This document shows positions 8,583 to 16,888 of a stretch of DNA of 64,000 nt, piece by piece. The notes under the pieces are model-generated. The model saw only the letters and a list, made by a program, of their open reading frames with translations, made no database searches and was not told the DNA's origin. The stretch's first letter is position 1. Each line of letters begins with the position of its first letter. The position numbers were made by a program, and so were the translations under genes. Source of the stretch: Candidatus Pacearchaeota archaeon (GTDB taxonomy: Archaea; Nanobdellota; Nanobdellia; Pacearchaeales; JAHJTO01); the NCBI GenBank assembly GCA_038849525.1, contig JAWCMS010000001.1, forward strand, positions 142,584 to 206,583. The letters run 5' to 3'.

Positions 8583-9533
8583 TTGGCGTTAGCCAAGTCG
8601 AAAAGATTAAAAATAAGCAAGACACTCTATTATAGAGGTGATTCGCCTCAGACGATTTCTGAGATCAAAATGGTATATGAAGATAAAAACAAAAATGAAA
8701 GTTTATTCCATGCTACTTTAATATATTTAAAAATAGTTTCTGCAGGAACAGCTTCTGGAAATAAAAAACTTAAAGAGTTTCTCGAAAAATACGGTTCTTT
8801 TGAAGGAATCTATAATGTGTATAAAGGTTCTATGTCTATTGAAGATTCGTTAAAAAAAATAAAAGGGCTTGAAAACATAATAAACAAACTAAACAACTTG
8901 AATTTTGATTTTAAAGTTATTACAATAAAAGATATTAATTTTCCAGAACATCTTAGAAAAATTGAAAATGCAACTCCAGTATTGTATGCAAGAGGAGATT
9001 TAAATCTATTAAATAAAAAAAGCATTGCTGTTGTCGGCTCAAGGCATATTTATCCAAATAAGGACAGACAAGTTTATGAAGAAGCTTATGATGTCATGAA
9101 AAGGCTTGTTGAAAAAAAGTATGTAATTGTTTCAGGGTTAGCTGAAGGATGTGATACTATAGGACATATACAAACAATTGAAAATGGGGGAAAAACTATT
9201 GCTGTATTAGGAACTCCTTTGGATCAGTACTATCCTTCTTCTAACAAAAATTTGCAAGAGAAGATAGCAAGAGAGCATCTTTTAATCTCACAATATCCTA
9301 TAGGAATCAGAACATTTAAATCTTATTTCACAAACAGAAACCATACAACAGTCTCTTTGGCAACAGAGGGGATTGTTGTGATAAAGGCATCTGACAATTC
9401 AGGAACAATGCATGCTGTAAAATTTTGTTCAGAACAAAAAAAACCAATTTATGTTCTTGCTAATAATTTTTCAAATAACTATAAGTGGCTTGAAATTTAT
9501 AAAAATTTTATAAAAAGAGTTGATAAAAAATGA
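8583..9533 (+). CDS. dprA: DprA/Smf-like DNA-processing protein (Rossmann/SLOG fold)
   Basis: Motifs SIAVVGSRHIYP, VIVSGLAEGCDTIGHIQTIENGGKTIAVLGTPLDQYYP, LLISQYP, YFTNRNHTT and EGIVVIKASDNSGTMHA match the DprA core: VVSGLArGID...GrTiAVLG...YP..N, FP.RNR, SGslITA. Confidence 0.7.
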   Translation: MALAKSKRLKISKTLYYRGDSPQTISEIKMVYEDKNKNESLFHATLIYLKIVSAGTASGNKKLKEFLEKYGSFEGIYNVYKGSMSIEDSLKKIKGLENIINKLNNLNFDFKVITIKDINFPEHLRKIENATPVLYARGDLNLLNKKSIAVVGSRHIYPNKDRQVYEEAYDVMKRLVEKKYVIVSGLAEGCDTIGHIQTIENGGKTIAVLGTPLDQYYPSSNKNLQEKIAREHLLISQYPIGIRTFKSYFTNRNHTTVSLATEGIVVIKASDNSGTMHAVKFCSEQKKPIYVLANNFSNNYKWLEIYKNFIKRVDKK

Positions 9534-10792
9534 AAAAATATCTTTTTGATTTAGACAACACAATTGCAGACACATCAGAAATAAAAATATATAGAAAATC
9601 GGCTGAAGGAATGGAATATTTAGCAGAAAACATTGACAAATTTAATATATACTATAATCCTAAAATAACCAATCTTATAAACAAACTTAATGAAAAAGGA
9701 AAAATCAGCATAATAACAAATGCCCCTCTTAACTATGCAAAAGCTATTCTTAAAAAAGGAGAATTTTCTGAAAGCATTCCAATTTATTCGAACATGAAAA
9801 AACCTATCCCAACAAAAATTTATTTTGAGCTTAAAAGAAAAATAAATCCTAATGAAACAATTGTAATAGGAAATTCTCCAAAAGACATAATTGCTGCTCA
9901 TGGATATATAGAAGATTTTGCAGGATATGAATGGCCAGAAACTTTTAATCTTCCATCAGCAGGAGTTATTTTTAAAAGAGAGAATGAAAAAATAAGACTC
10001 AAAAAAGCCATCAAGTTGAATAAAGCAGAACCTAATAAAATTCTCAAAAATACAGAAGATCTTGAAGAGCTTGTTGATGAATTTGAATCAGGAAAAATAA
10101 CTTATCAAAGAAGGAAATCTATAGATGAGTATTTTTTCATTTCTAAGCAAGAACTTCCTGAAAAAGATATTAAAATTGAAATATTTTATCTTGGAAATTA
10201 TTATCCGAAGGACAAGTTTCCTGATATGAACAAAAAAGATGCTTTTTCCCAACATCTTTTAAGGTTCAAAAGAGCTCAAGATTGCCCTATAGAGAATATA
10301 AATGATAGGATAATTGATAAATATTTTTTCAATGGACAGATAAGAGGAATCTATACATATTGGCATTCAATAAAATTTTTTCTTGAAAAAGCAGAAGACA
10401 GAATAGATGAGATGAATCTTAAAGGAAAAACTGAAGTGATAGCTTCTCCGAATTCATACCCTGAATACTGCTATGATACTGATGTTAATCAAGCATTTGC
10501 AAGAAAACTTAATAATGATTGCTTTAACATTTCTGAAACAAAAAGAATTGTATATAGAGTGTTTCCTAAAGAAAAACATTCGAGAGGCATTGAAAATCAT
10601 CTTAAGACAATAGGTATTGAGAAGACAGCCTTATCACATATTCAGACTCTTAATAATATAATAATATTTGATGATAATATTACTTCAGGTTCTCAGATAA
10701 AAGCAATAGCTTATCTTTTAAGACAAAAATGTAATTTTCAAGGAAATATTTATGGCTTAACATTGGGAAAAACAGTTGGATCTATGCAATAA
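9530..10792 (+). CDS. Fusion of an N-terminal HAD-superfamily hydrolase and a C-terminal PRTase-fold (ComF-like) domain
   Basis: N-terminus has FDLDNTIADT (HAD motif I DxDxT), IITNAP (motif II) and K...GNSPKDIIAAHG (motifs III/IV). C-terminus has IIIFDDNITSGSQIKAIAYLL, a type I PRTase PRPP-binding loop as in ComF/ComFC. The 4-bp overlap with dprA suggests an operon. Confidence 0.6.
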   Translation: MKKYLFDLDNTIADTSEIKIYRKSAEGMEYLAENIDKFNIYYNPKITNLINKLNEKGKISIITNAPLNYAKAILKKGEFSESIPIYSNMKKPIPTKIYFELKRKINPNETIVIGNSPKDIIAAHGYIEDFAGYEWPETFNLPSAGVIFKRENEKIRLKKAIKLNKAEPNKILKNTEDLEELVDEFESGKITYQRRKSIDEYFFISKQELPEKDIKIEIFYLGNYYPKDKFPDMNKKDAFSQHLLRFKRAQDCPIENINDRIIDKYFFNGQIRGIYTYWHSIKFFLEKAEDRIDEMNLKGKTEVIASPNSYPEYCYDTDVNQAFARKLNNDCFNISETKRIVYRVFPKEKHSRGIENHLKTIGIEKTALSHIQTLNNIIIFDDNITSGSQIKAIAYLLRQKCNFQGNIYGLTLGKTVGSMQ

Positions 10793-10831
10793 AAGAGAAA
10801 TGATTAAATACAAAACATACTTACAATCTTT

Positions 10832-11083
10832 ATGAAACTGACGAGAAAAGAATATTCCGTTCTGTATGAAATACATTCAGGAAGAAGCGATATTGAAAGA
10901 TTATCTAAGGTTTTTAGTAAAGAATATGCCTTTAAAACAGTAAAAAAGCTTGAAAAACTTGGATTAATAAAAATAGTTTCTTGGAGAGACAATCCTTTAT
11001 ATGGATTAATGCTAACAGAAAAAGGTGAAAAACTTCTTCAGAGTAAAAAGTATATGAAATGGTTTATTGAAGAAGGAGATTAG
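10832..11083 (+). CDS. small winged-HTH transcription regulator
   Basis: 83 aa with SVLYEIHSG...RLSKVF...VKKLEKLGLIKIV, a MarR/TrmB-like wHTH. Confidence 0.5.
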   Translation: MKLTRKEYSVLYEIHSGRSDIERLSKVFSKEYAFKTVKKLEKLGLIKIVSWRDNPLYGLMLTEKGEKLLQSKKYMKWFIEEGD

Positions 11084-11143
11084 CGTGTGACGGCGCGGCT
11101 CGCTTCTAAAAATACTTAAATATAAGCTCTGCATGGAAAAAAC

Positions 11144-12607
11144 ATGCCAATTTTGACGAAATCAAAATATGTTGACGGCTTGAAATGCCTGAAGTACTTG
11201 TGGCTTCAATATAATAATCCATCAGCCATTCCGGCTCCTGACGAATATGCCTTGTTTGTGATAAATGAAGGCCATAAAGTTGGAGAGTTTGCAAAAACTC
11301 TTTATCCTGATGGAATTGCTGTAAGCACAGAAAGCAATGATGAGAACATAAGAAAAACTCAGCAATTATTGAAATTGAGAAAGCCCCTTTTTGAGGCAGG
11401 AATTTCTATAGATAATTGTTATGCAAGAACAGACATTCTTTTGCCTGTTGAAAAAGATGAATGGGACATTGTTGAAGTGAAAAGTTCAAGTAGAGTGAAA
11501 GAAGATGAGCATATTCCTGATGTTGCTTTCCAGAAATATGTTTATAGCAAAGCAGGATTAAAAATAAGAAAATGCATTATAATGCATGTTGATAGCAAAT
11601 ATGAAAGAAATGGGAATATAGATGCAGAAGCCCTGTTTGTAAGAGAGGATGTAACTGAAAAAGTTGGCAAAGTAATCAAGGAAGTTCCAAAAAACATAAG
11701 GAGATTTTTTACTGTTATAAAAAGCAAAAAATGCCCTGAAATTGATATAGGAAATTATTGTGCTGATGAATTTGGAGTGCATGAAAATGATGCATTCTGG
11801 AAAAAACATCCTGACTGCAATATCCTTCAATTGTATCACTCAAAAGACAAGGAAGAATTATTCAATAAGGGAATATTGAGGATAAAAGATATTCCTTCAA
11901 GTTATAGATTAGATGCAAAGCAGCTTATACAGAAGAAATGTGATGAAAATAACAGCATTCATATTAATAAGAAGGAGATATCAAATTTTCTTTCTAATTT
12001 GCAGTATCCTCTTCATTTCCTTGATTTTGAGACTTATAATACGGCAATTCCATTGTATGACAAGCTTAAGCCATGGGAAAAAGTGGCTTTTCAGTATTCA
12101 TTACATATTGTAAAAGATGAAAATGCAAAGCCATTGCATTATTCTTTTCTTGCAAAAAACAATTCTGATCCAAGAAAAGATTTTATTGAAAGCCTTGAAA
12201 AAAAGATTATGAAAAAAGGGAGTATAGTTGTATGGAATGCGGTATTTGAAAAAAGTATTCTTAAAAGCATTGCAGAGCATATGCCAGAATATGCAGTTTC
12301 TGTAAATGAAATAATTGGAAGGATTGAAGATTTGATGATTCCTTTCAAAGATTTTTCATATTATAATCCTAAACAGAAAGGAAGCAATTCCCTAAAAACA
12401 ATATTTCCTTTGCTTACAGGAAGAAGCTATCAAGGATTAAATATCTCAGAAGGAGGAATTGCAAGTGCAAGATATTATAAAGCGGTTCATGAATCGATAA
12501 AAGAAAGCGAAAAAGAAAAAATTTTTGATGATCTTGAAAAATACTGCTCTTTGGATACAGAGGCGATGATTTTTGTTCTTGACAAGCTTAATGAGATTGC
12601 AAAGTAA
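11144..12607 (+). CDS. Dual nuclease: N-terminal RecB/Cas4-like PD-(D/E)xK domain plus C-terminal DEDD/RNase H-like exonuclease domain (DUF2779-like)
   Basis: N-terminus has KSKYVDGLKCLKYLWLQY then D(ILLP)...WDIVEVKSS, a D/E-x-K triad. C-terminus has YPLHFLDFETYNTAIP, resembling DnaQ Exo I D-x-E. Confidence 0.55.
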   Translation: MPILTKSKYVDGLKCLKYLWLQYNNPSAIPAPDEYALFVINEGHKVGEFAKTLYPDGIAVSTESNDENIRKTQQLLKLRKPLFEAGISIDNCYARTDILLPVEKDEWDIVEVKSSSRVKEDEHIPDVAFQKYVYSKAGLKIRKCIIMHVDSKYERNGNIDAEALFVREDVTEKVGKVIKEVPKNIRRFFTVIKSKKCPEIDIGNYCADEFGVHENDAFWKKHPDCNILQLYHSKDKEELFNKGILRIKDIPSSYRLDAKQLIQKKCDENNSIHINKKEISNFLSNLQYPLHFLDFETYNTAIPLYDKLKPWEKVAFQYSLHIVKDENAKPLHYSFLAKNNSDPRKDFIESLEKKIMKKGSIVVWNAVFEKSILKSIAEHMPEYAVSVNEIIGRIEDLMIPFKDFSYYNPKQKGSNSLKTIFPLLTGRSYQGLNISEGGIASARYYKAVHESIKESEKEKIFDDLEKYCSLDTEAMIFVLDKLNEIAK

Positions 12608-12719
12608 AGGCAAGTGATGTGAAAAGGTTTAATCAAAAAATTTAAATTTCTTAATTTATTTGAAAAAATATCCAGAAAACTTATGTTTTCTGGCTTTACT
12701 CATGTGGAGGCATTCGTAA

Positions 12720-12959
12720 ATGGTAAAAGAGTTGATAAGAATTGACTTGCCTGGTTTTGAGAAGAAGGATGTTGTTGTCAAAGTAAAAGATAATAAAGTA
12801 TTTGTGAATGCAGAAAAAAAGCATCACTTTAAGAAAAAAGGAAAAAACTTTTATCATGAGGAAAGTTCTTATAGAGCAGTAAGTTATATGACAACAATTC
12901 CTAAAGGAAAAAAAGTCAAAACAGAATTTAAAAAAGGCAGGCTAAAGGTTGTTGCATAG
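12720..12959 (+). CDS. Hsp20/alpha-crystallin domain protein (short, ACD core only)
   Basis: Motifs IRIDLPGFEKKDVVVKVKDNKVFV...YRAVSYMTTIPKG...KGRLKVV match the ACD consensus. A stop lies immediately upstream of the ATG. Confidence 0.55.
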   Translation: MVKELIRIDLPGFEKKDVVVKVKDNKVFVNAEKKHHFKKKGKNFYHEESSYRAVSYMTTIPKGKKVKTEFKKGRLKVVA

Positions 12960-12970
12960 AATTGGAAAAG

Positions 12971-13609
12971 TTATTTAAGTTTATCAATGAATTTTTCTAT
13001 TGCTAACTTTATTCTGTAGTCTTTCTCATCTTTCAAAACAGATTTTCCTTCCAATTCAGAAAGAATTATCTCTGTAATCTTGATGTCATCATCAAGCTGC
13101 TTGTAATAAACATCCCATTTGACGCATCCCATGTCTTTGAAATCAGGGCAGTTATAAACAGAATATTCTTTTCCTGGATGAATGATGCATTTAGGATCCA
13201 TAAATTCTGATTCATCCGCATCTTTTGCATATGAACTCATATGACTACAGGCAGGACAGTATGATTTTGAATTTCTCTGCATTTTCACTTTTTTAAGCTC
13301 ATCCTCGAAAAATTCTCTGACTATTCTGCGCTTTATTCCAGGATCTGCTCCTTGTTCAACCAATGCTTCAATTCCTTCAATATTTCTTGCCAGCGCAATA
13401 TCTCCATGCTTCTTTCCATTGTATGCAATTTTATCAATATTTCTTGCAGCCATTTTATAAAATTCATCATTTGATTTCTCTATTTTTTCTTCTAGAATAG
13501 TAGGAGAATCAAGATGTATCTGACTAATAATCGACATTTTTACATTAAATGCAAGTTTCCAGTACAAAAATGCGAGCCTGCTATTTTTCGATTCCATTTT
13601 ATTCCGCAA
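12971..13609 (-). CDS. hypothetical Cys-rich (putative Zn-binding) protein
   Basis: 212 aa. C-terminal half has CPAC...C..HPG...CPDFKDMGC. Confidence 0.4.
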   Translation of the reverse strand: MRNKMESKNSRLAFLYWKLAFNVKMSIISQIHLDSPTILEEKIEKSNDEFYKMAARNIDKIAYNGKKHGDIALARNIEGIEALVEQGADPGIKRRIVREFFEDELKKVKMQRNSKSYCPACSHMSSYAKDADESEFMDPKCIIHPGKEYSVYNCPDFKDMGCVKWDVYYKQLDDDIKITEIILSELEGKSVLKDEKDYRIKLAIEKFIDKLK

Positions 13610-13674
13610 TAAACACAGAAATTTCTTCCATGTTTTTCAGCTTTTCTTTGATATAATTGTTTATTTCAGGACAA

Positions 13675-14280
13675 TTATTGTTTATATAAAAAAGCATTTT
13701 TATGTTTTTCTATAAATCCTTCAATGTTTTTTCCAGCCTTTAATTTTTCAGCATCCTGCAGAACAGCTTGAATGATGTCATCTGCAGTTTTATTGAAATA
13801 GTTCTTTTCTTTTATTCTTATTGGATCTCTTAAAAACATAAATTCTAAGCCATAAAGAACAATAGGCTTCGGCTGATTCTTCATATTATTCTTGACATCT
13901 TTCTTGAAAACTCTATAATCCTGGTTTCTTATTGTTAAATAGTCATTTTTCTCAACAAACTCTGGATTCAGCAAGAGAATGCCATATTTTCCTCTCCCGT
14001 ATCTTGAATCCTCTGGCTTTACTTCGAAATTTAAGCCTTTCATTGAGCATTTGAATGGAGTTGCATATTCCCTTCTTAAAAGATAAGCAGACTTTCCATC
14101 CTTATCTTTATGCTCAAGATTTATATTGTTTTTAAGAATATGACAAAAATCATTGATTATGTCATATTCATTTCCATAAAGAGTAGACTTCTGCTTGAAT
14201 AAATATTCTGATTTTTTGATTGTGTTTTCAACTGCTTTAATTATTTTTTTCTTATATTCTTGAACGTCCTTAGCCATCAT
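13675..14280 (-). CDS. hypothetical protein
   Basis: 201-aa ORF. Confidence 0.4.
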   Translation of the reverse strand: MMAKDVQEYKKKIIKAVENTIKKSEYLFKQKSTLYGNEYDIINDFCHILKNNINLEHKDKDGKSAYLLRREYATPFKCSMKGLNFEVKPEDSRYGRGKYGILLLNPEFVEKNDYLTIRNQDYRVFKKDVKNNMKNQPKPIVLYGLEFMFLRDPIRIKEKNYFNKTADDIIQAVLQDAEKLKAGKNIEGFIEKHKNAFLYKQ

Positions 14281-14341
14281 TTTTTCATTACTTTAGAATT
14301 TATAAAAGTTCGCTTAAACCTAAGATTATATATAAAAATAG

Positions 14342-14587
14342 CTTATATTTTGCATAAGAATAAATAATAGGCCTAAAGAAACAGGAAAATATAAAGTAGT
14401 TCAATTTTCAAAGCAGGATGAGCCTTATTTAAGATTTAGGAGGCAGGAGGAATATCATAATAGCATTGTTGAAAGTTTTGCAAAAGAGATTGAAGTTTCA
14501 TGCAGGAAGGATAGAGGGATTATTGGAGAAAAATTAGTGCTTCCAGAATATTCTTCTTATAAAATAGATGGGATTCTGCTCTTATAA
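14342..14587 (+). pseudogene. Gene remnant: 81-codon in-frame open segment without a start codon
   Basis: Open frame ...RPKETGKYKVVQFSKQDEPYLRFRRQEEYHNSIVESFAKEIEVSCRKDRGIIGEKLVLPEYSSYKIDGILLL* has no ATG/GTG/TTG and an upstream TAG. The GEKLVLPEY..K.DGIL stretch looks like the tail of a PD-(D/E)xK-type enzyme. Confidence 0.3.
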
Positions 14588-14761
14588 TAAAGAAGAAAAA
14601 TCAATGAAATTTTATACTGCCTATAAAAGCAAAAATTATGATATTTGAATAAATAAAAGACATTGAGATTTAGTAAAATTTATGGGAAAAGAAGTAAAAA
14701 TTATCATAGAAGAATAATTTTTGAATTCGCCTAAGGCTTATTAAAAGAACTTTATAGGTAG

Positions 14762-14986
14762 CTAAAAAGCGTTTTTGCCGAAATAGGCCATTGATTTTGA
14801 CCTTTCATCTCTTGTAGTAATATGATGTTTTGGTGGGCCTTTGCATTCATAGACTGAATTGCCAAAAGAGTCATTGCCATGATACTTGAGCTTTTTCTTA
14901 TGTTCTGGGCAATATTTTGATAATTCTGAAAAGCTATCAACTCTTTTTTCAAGATTTCTTAATTTTTTTGCAATATTTTTTTCCAT
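14762..14986 (-). CDS. small hypothetical Cys/His-rich protein
   Basis: 74 aa with YCPEHKKKLKYHG...YECKGPPKHH. Preferred over the overlapping 14752..14952 frame. Confidence 0.35.
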   Translation of the reverse strand: MEKNIAKKLRNLEKRVDSFSELSKYCPEHKKKLKYHGNDSFGNSVYECKGPPKHHITTRDERSKSMAYFGKNAF

Positions 14987-15027
14987 TTTTTTATGTTGTA
15001 AAATATTTTAGGTTTTGCTTAAAAATT

Positions 15028-15306
15028 TTAAGCGCTTAATTTTTCTTCTATTGATCTTGCTTTTTTTGAATTTTTTGGAATTATTTTTAATTTTGGGAAT
15101 GTTTTATAAAATATTTCTAAATTAAATCTTAAGTATCCTTTTTTGTATGCTTTTTTGTAAGGCCATAATCCAAAAAAAGGATAACTTAATAAGAGATTAT
15201 CATTGGAGTTTTCTTTAATTTTATAATAAATATCACTATAATCTGGCCATGAAATTTTAATATAATCACCAGGTTTTGCTGTTTTTAGTTGCTTTAAGGT
15301 TGTCAT
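15028..15306 (-). CDS. hypothetical protein
   Basis: 92-aa ORF. Confidence 0.35.
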   Translation of the reverse strand: MTTLKQLKTAKPGDYIKISWPDYSDIYYKIKENSNDNLLLSYPFFGLWPYKKAYKKGYLRFNLEIFYKTFPKLKIIPKNSKKARSIEEKLSA

Positions 15307-15451
15307 TTTCTTAAATTTTGACTTAGGTTATATAAATATCTTTCTTTAGAAGCTCTTAAAATTCAAAAAAACAATGGTTTTATGACTAAATATGGGTTCG
15401 TATAAGCATTCTTATGCGTACTTTATAGGGAAAAAGAATTTTGCTTAGAAG

Positions 15452-15706
15452 TTATTGTTGTGCTTTTGAAACTATCCAAATCCCAGCGACTGCAATTGCA
15501 GTTACAATTAATGCAGCTAAAACTTTTAGGAGATAAGAAGTTCCTGTCAGGCCCATGCTTGTAATCAAACTGTCAACTCCTGATTTTATTGCATCATTCC
15601 AAGAAAGAGCAATTACAAAAGCAAAGGCAGCTGCAATGGATGTAAGTACTTTTCCCTTGACTTCCTTAATAAAGTTTTTTGGTGTTTCCACCACTTTTTT
15701 TACCAT
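15452..15706 (-). CDS. small membrane protein (two TM helices)
   Basis: 84 aa, hydrophobic. Confidence 0.4.
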   Translation of the reverse strand: MVKKVVETPKNFIKEVKGKVLTSIAAAFAFVIALSWNDAIKSGVDSLITSMGLTGTSYLLKVLAALIVTAIAVAGIWIVSKAQQ

Positions 15707-15963
15707 TTTTTATTAAGTTTTTTCAAGTTTTTATAGTTTTCTTATATAGGCGGAAAGTTTTCAGCATTGCTTAAAACTTTTGATTTTTTTGTTCTTTATA
15801 TCGCTTGTATTTTTTCCAAAGATGTTTTTCTCCAATATAGATACATCATGCTTCAATACCTGTAATAAGTAAAGAGCTGAGAAAATATGCTCCTATCTTT
15901 CTAAGTTTTCAGATTCAAAATTTGCTTGCATACGATGATAATAACTATAAAAAAGTTTAAATA

Positions 15964-16620
15964 TTGAACAGGTGTTTAAATTTTATGATTTTTAATTTCT
16001 GGCCTTTTAAAAAAAGTAATGAGCATGAAACCTTAAAAAATGAGATTAAACAGGCTTTTTCTGCTGTTAAACAAGATATAAATAAAGCAGCAGAGTGGAT
16101 TTCTCACTTACATACTAAAGATAAGCATCATGAAACTAAGTTTGAAGTTATAAATTCACGTTTATCGATGATAGAAAAAGATTTGGAAGAGATAAAAAAT
16201 TTTATTTCTTTCTTTTCTACAAGGACTAATAGAGTATTGTTTAAACAGCTGTCTAAACAAGGACAAACACCTGTTTATAAACAAACAACTGTTGGTGGTG
16301 TTCAAACAGCTGTTCAAACAGCTGTTCAAACAGGTTTTTTAGGTAATTTAAGTGCAAATGAAAGATTAATTGTTTGGACCTTGTTAAATACAGATATGAA
16401 ATTGAGCTGTGAAGATATAGCAGCAATATTAAATAAAGAGAGATCTACTATTAGAGGTCAAATAAATGCAATAAAACAAAAAAGTGAGAATCTTATTAGC
16501 GAAATTTCTGAAAACAATGGTAAAAAAAGATTTTTTATTGATGAAAAAGTGAAAGAAATGTTATTATCAAAAATATCTGAATCTAGGCGCCAGCTAAAGC
16601 TAAAGGCTAAGGAAAAATAA
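15964..16620 (+). CDS. coiled-coil protein with C-terminal HTH (sigma-70 region 4 / LuxR-like). Paralog of 16889..17653.
   Basis: N-terminal heptad-rich region, in-frame (VQTA)n repeat, then LSANERLIVWTLLNTDMKLSCEDIAAILNKERSTIRGQINAIKQK. Confidence 0.5.
   Translation: MNRCLNFMIFNFWPFKKSNEHETLKNEIKQAFSAVKQDINKAAEWISHLHTKDKHHETKFEVINSRLSMIEKDLEEIKNFISFFSTRTNRVLFKQLSKQGQTPVYKQTTVGGVQTAVQTAVQTGFLGNLSANERLIVWTLLNTDMKLSCEDIAAILNKERSTIRGQINAIKQKSENLISEISENNGKKRFFIDEKVKEMLLSKISESRRQLKLKAKEK
16300..16333 (+). repeat. In-frame tandem 12-nt repeat (GTTCAAACAGCT, about 2.8 copies) inside CDS 15964..16620
   Basis: gttcaaacagct gttcaaacagct gttcaaacag, encoding (VQTA)n. Confidence 0.9.
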
Positions 16621-16840
16621 AAAAGTGAGGATTATTTTTTAATTAAAACGAACTTTATAGTTATAATTTAGTATATTAAACGAATCTTTTACTAATAAAA
16701 ATTAAAAAAGTGAGAGTTATAGAGATCTAAAAATTTTTAAAAAATTAAGAAAAATAAATAAAAATTAAATAAAAAAAGAAATTTTTAATAAAAAGTGAGG
16801 ATTAATTAAAAATATTCGGTTAAACGTAAAAAGTGAAAGC
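16621..16840. repeat. Reiterated AAAAAGTGAGGATTA motif, 4 copies (two exact, two degenerate) between the convergent paralogs
   Basis: Copies at 16621-16635, 16705-16720, 16791-16806 and 16828-16840. Spacing is irregular (about 85, 86 and 37 nt). Each copy is followed by A/T-rich tracts. Confidence 0.7.
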
Positions 16841-16888
16841 AAAAACATTTAATTAATTTAAAATTTTTATTAATTATAGCTTATTTCT

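Noticed and set aside
14752-14952. 66-aa minus ORF
   Set aside because: Overlaps 14762..14986 in another frame. The latter has the Cys/His pattern and better start context.
16621-16840. Possible mini-CRISPR array from the repeated AAAAAGTGAGGATTA copies
   Set aside because: Repeat unit only about 15 nt, spacing irregular, copies degenerate, and no cas genes. Not a CRISPR array.
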